DNA of 20,000 nucleotides. Origin: an uncultured virus (IMG/VR IMGVR_UViG_3300021256_000092). Lineage: Duplodnaviria > Heunggongvirae > Uroviricota > Caudoviricetes. Every line of letters starts with the position of its first letter. Within the stretch, counting starts at the first letter, position 1. The notes under the pieces were generated by a model. It saw only the letters and a program-made list of their open reading frames with translations. It had not been told where the DNA came from and made no database searches. Positions 18,511-20,000 of the stretch are shown here, piece by piece. The position numbers and the translations under genes are program-made. Where the stretch lies: the IMG/VR virus record IMGVR_UViG_3300021256_000092. One strand, written 5' to 3'.

Positions 18511-18523
18511 GTGAGGTGTAGAT

Positions 18524-19219
18524 ATGGCTTTTGAAGTTTACACAAATTATAAGAAAAATGCGGGAGTAAAGAGTGTTGTATTCAGCAACAATAAACCTGT
18601 TCTTGAAGTAGAAATGAATGAAGTACAGGAGATTCAGAATAATCTCTTACAGACATTCATTAAAAACTATGTCGGAGATGGAATTTCTGATTTGAATAAA
18701 ATCAGTTATTCCTCGGGTGCATTAACTGTCGCAAACAATACTTACTTCACTATTGATGGTCATGTTATTCTCTGTACAGGACTTTCTATTAATAATCTTT
18801 CTGCGGGAGATAAAGTCTATCTCAGAGCATGGATTGATACTGTTGATTATGATGACACCCTTAAGCTAGAGGGAAATCAACAGAGCAATACAACAGTGGA
18901 AAATTATCTTTTAGATGAGAGAACAAGTGTGGAGACCTCAAGAAGAAAAGTATTGAAATACACTTTGGCTCGAGTAGTTAGCGGGTCTTCACCTACTCCC
19001 GACACAGGTTCATATCTTTTATTGGCAACAGTAAACAGCTCTTCATCCATTACCATTGAATGCCCTACATTCAGTAAGGAAGCTTTATTGAACAGAGTTA
19101 TCATGAATACCCAAATGATGAACTTCAATGATTATGTAGCACCACTTTTGGATGATGATAACTGTATGCTTTGTGATTCTGATAATAAGGCGCTGTTAGT
19201 AGATTGGAGTTACGAATAA
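18524..19219 (+). CDS. Putative proximal tail fibre / baseplate-binding protein (DUF4815-like N-terminus)
   Basis: VVFSNNKPVLEVEMNEVQEI motif; C-terminal LLDDDN.MLCDSDN..LLVDW. Confidence 0.6.
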   Translation: MAFEVYTNYKKNAGVKSVVFSNNKPVLEVEMNEVQEIQNNLLQTFIKNYVGDGISDLNKISYSSGALTVANNTYFTIDGHVILCTGLSINNLSAGDKVYLRAWIDTVDYDDTLKLEGNQQSNTTVENYLLDERTSVETSRRKVLKYTLARVVSGSSPTPDTGSYLLLATVNSSSSITIECPTFSKEALLNRVIMNTQMMNFNDYVAPLLDDDNCMLCDSDNKALLVDWSYE

Positions 19220-19237
19220 AATTAAAGGAGATAAAAT

Positions 19238-20000
19238 ATGTCAGCAGTAGATATTACATTAAATGGAGTTCAGACAAAGAAGTTCACAGACCTTACTGGA
19301 AACAGTAATATTTCTTTTGAGGATGGTATGATTTTATACAAAAATGGTCTAAAGTCTGCCACCCTCAGAGAAGTTTTTGATGCAGTTACAGCACACATGA
19401 AGAGACAGGTGGGTGTTGTAAAAGACATTACAGATGCTTGGTATAACGGCACACTGAAAGCCGAGGTAAGAAATGGTAATTTCAAGAATGTAGAACCTCT
19501 TAACTACATTATTGGTAGAAGTACAAACAGAAGATATATCGTTCTTGACCTTAACTATTTCATTGATTCGGGTTCTTCAAGACTTACAAATCCGCACCTC
19601 GTAATCATGAATGCTACCTCATTCGGAAATTACAAGATGAACGATACAAACACCACTGTGGGTGGTCTTAAAGCATCAAAGATGTACACAGAAACTATCC
19701 CTACATTACAGGAACAGTATTTTGAAGCAGATTTCGGGGATGATTTGATTGCATTCGATAATCTGATTACAAATGCTATATCTGACGGACATGCTAGTGG
19801 TTGGGAATGGAGAGGAAAGACAAGAAAGTGTGACCTACTTTCTGAAATCTCTGCAACAGGCTCACAGCATTGGGGTAATGGTTTTGATGCTTCTATTCAG
19901 AAAGAACAATTTGCGGCCTTTTCAATCGCAGGAATTTCTGCTATATTTGGTAGACAGGATGTTTGGTTTAGCGACATTGCTAGCGCTACGGCCTTCTCGC
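19238..20000 (+). CDS. Putative receptor-binding protein, possible C-type-lectin-fold DGR target (truncated by window)
   Basis: Absent from ORF track (no stop in window). AAGGAG SD, ATG 19238, open to end: MSAVDITLNG...HLVIM...MNDTNTTVGGLKASKM...LLSE...WFSDIASATAFS. Confidence 0.7.
   Translation, partial: MSAVDITLNGVQTKKFTDLTGNSNISFEDGMILYKNGLKSATLREVFDAVTAHMKRQVGVVKDITDAWYNGTLKAEVRNGNFKNVEPLNYIIGRSTNRRYIVLDLNYFIDSGSSRLTNPHLVIMNATSFGNYKMNDTNTTVGGLKASKMYTETIPTLQEQYFEADFGDDLIAFDNLITNAISDGHASGWEWRGKTRKCDLLSEISATGSQHWGNGFDASIQKEQFAAFSIAGISAIFGRQDVWFSDIASATAFS

Noticed and set aside
134..19485. Minus-strand and nested alternative-frame ORFs in the track (e.g. 404-676, 9575-10114, 11048-11497, 13689-14066, 19270-19485)
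   Set aside because: They overlap well-supported + strand genes, have shadow-like composition and no recognisable motifs.
1..20000. Headless eCIS/tailocin, stop-codon reassignment, introns, tRNA or CRISPR
   Set aside because: Capsid and scaffold genes are present; genes are full-length and tightly packed under the standard code; no such RNA structures or arrays seen.

Overview
All + strand: the virion morphogenesis operon of an AT-rich contractile-tailed (myovirus-type) phage or prophage, probably infecting a Firmicute (inferred from strong GGAGG Shine-Dalgarno sites and protein types). Order: 3' end of a probable portal gene, scaffold, major capsid protein, Ig-like decoration, head-tail joining proteins, sheath, T4 gp19-like tube, tail chaperone pair, tape measure, an eCIS/P2-like baseplate set, fibre-attachment proteins and a truncated probable receptor-binding protein. 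Most notable: (1) scaffold, capsid and tail tube carry N-terminal extensions ending in the same [LI]-N-A-x-A motif, with no protease gene visible between portal and capsid; (2) the baseplate hub is split into two genes whose facing ends both encode TY[DN]PKTGKWS; (3) a -1 slippery site in the tail chaperone pair; (4) strong avoidance of GATC, CCAG/CTGG and GCWGC; (5) a possible DGR target at the right edge. All family assignments come from motif recognition and synteny, not database searches; motif counts are by eye.
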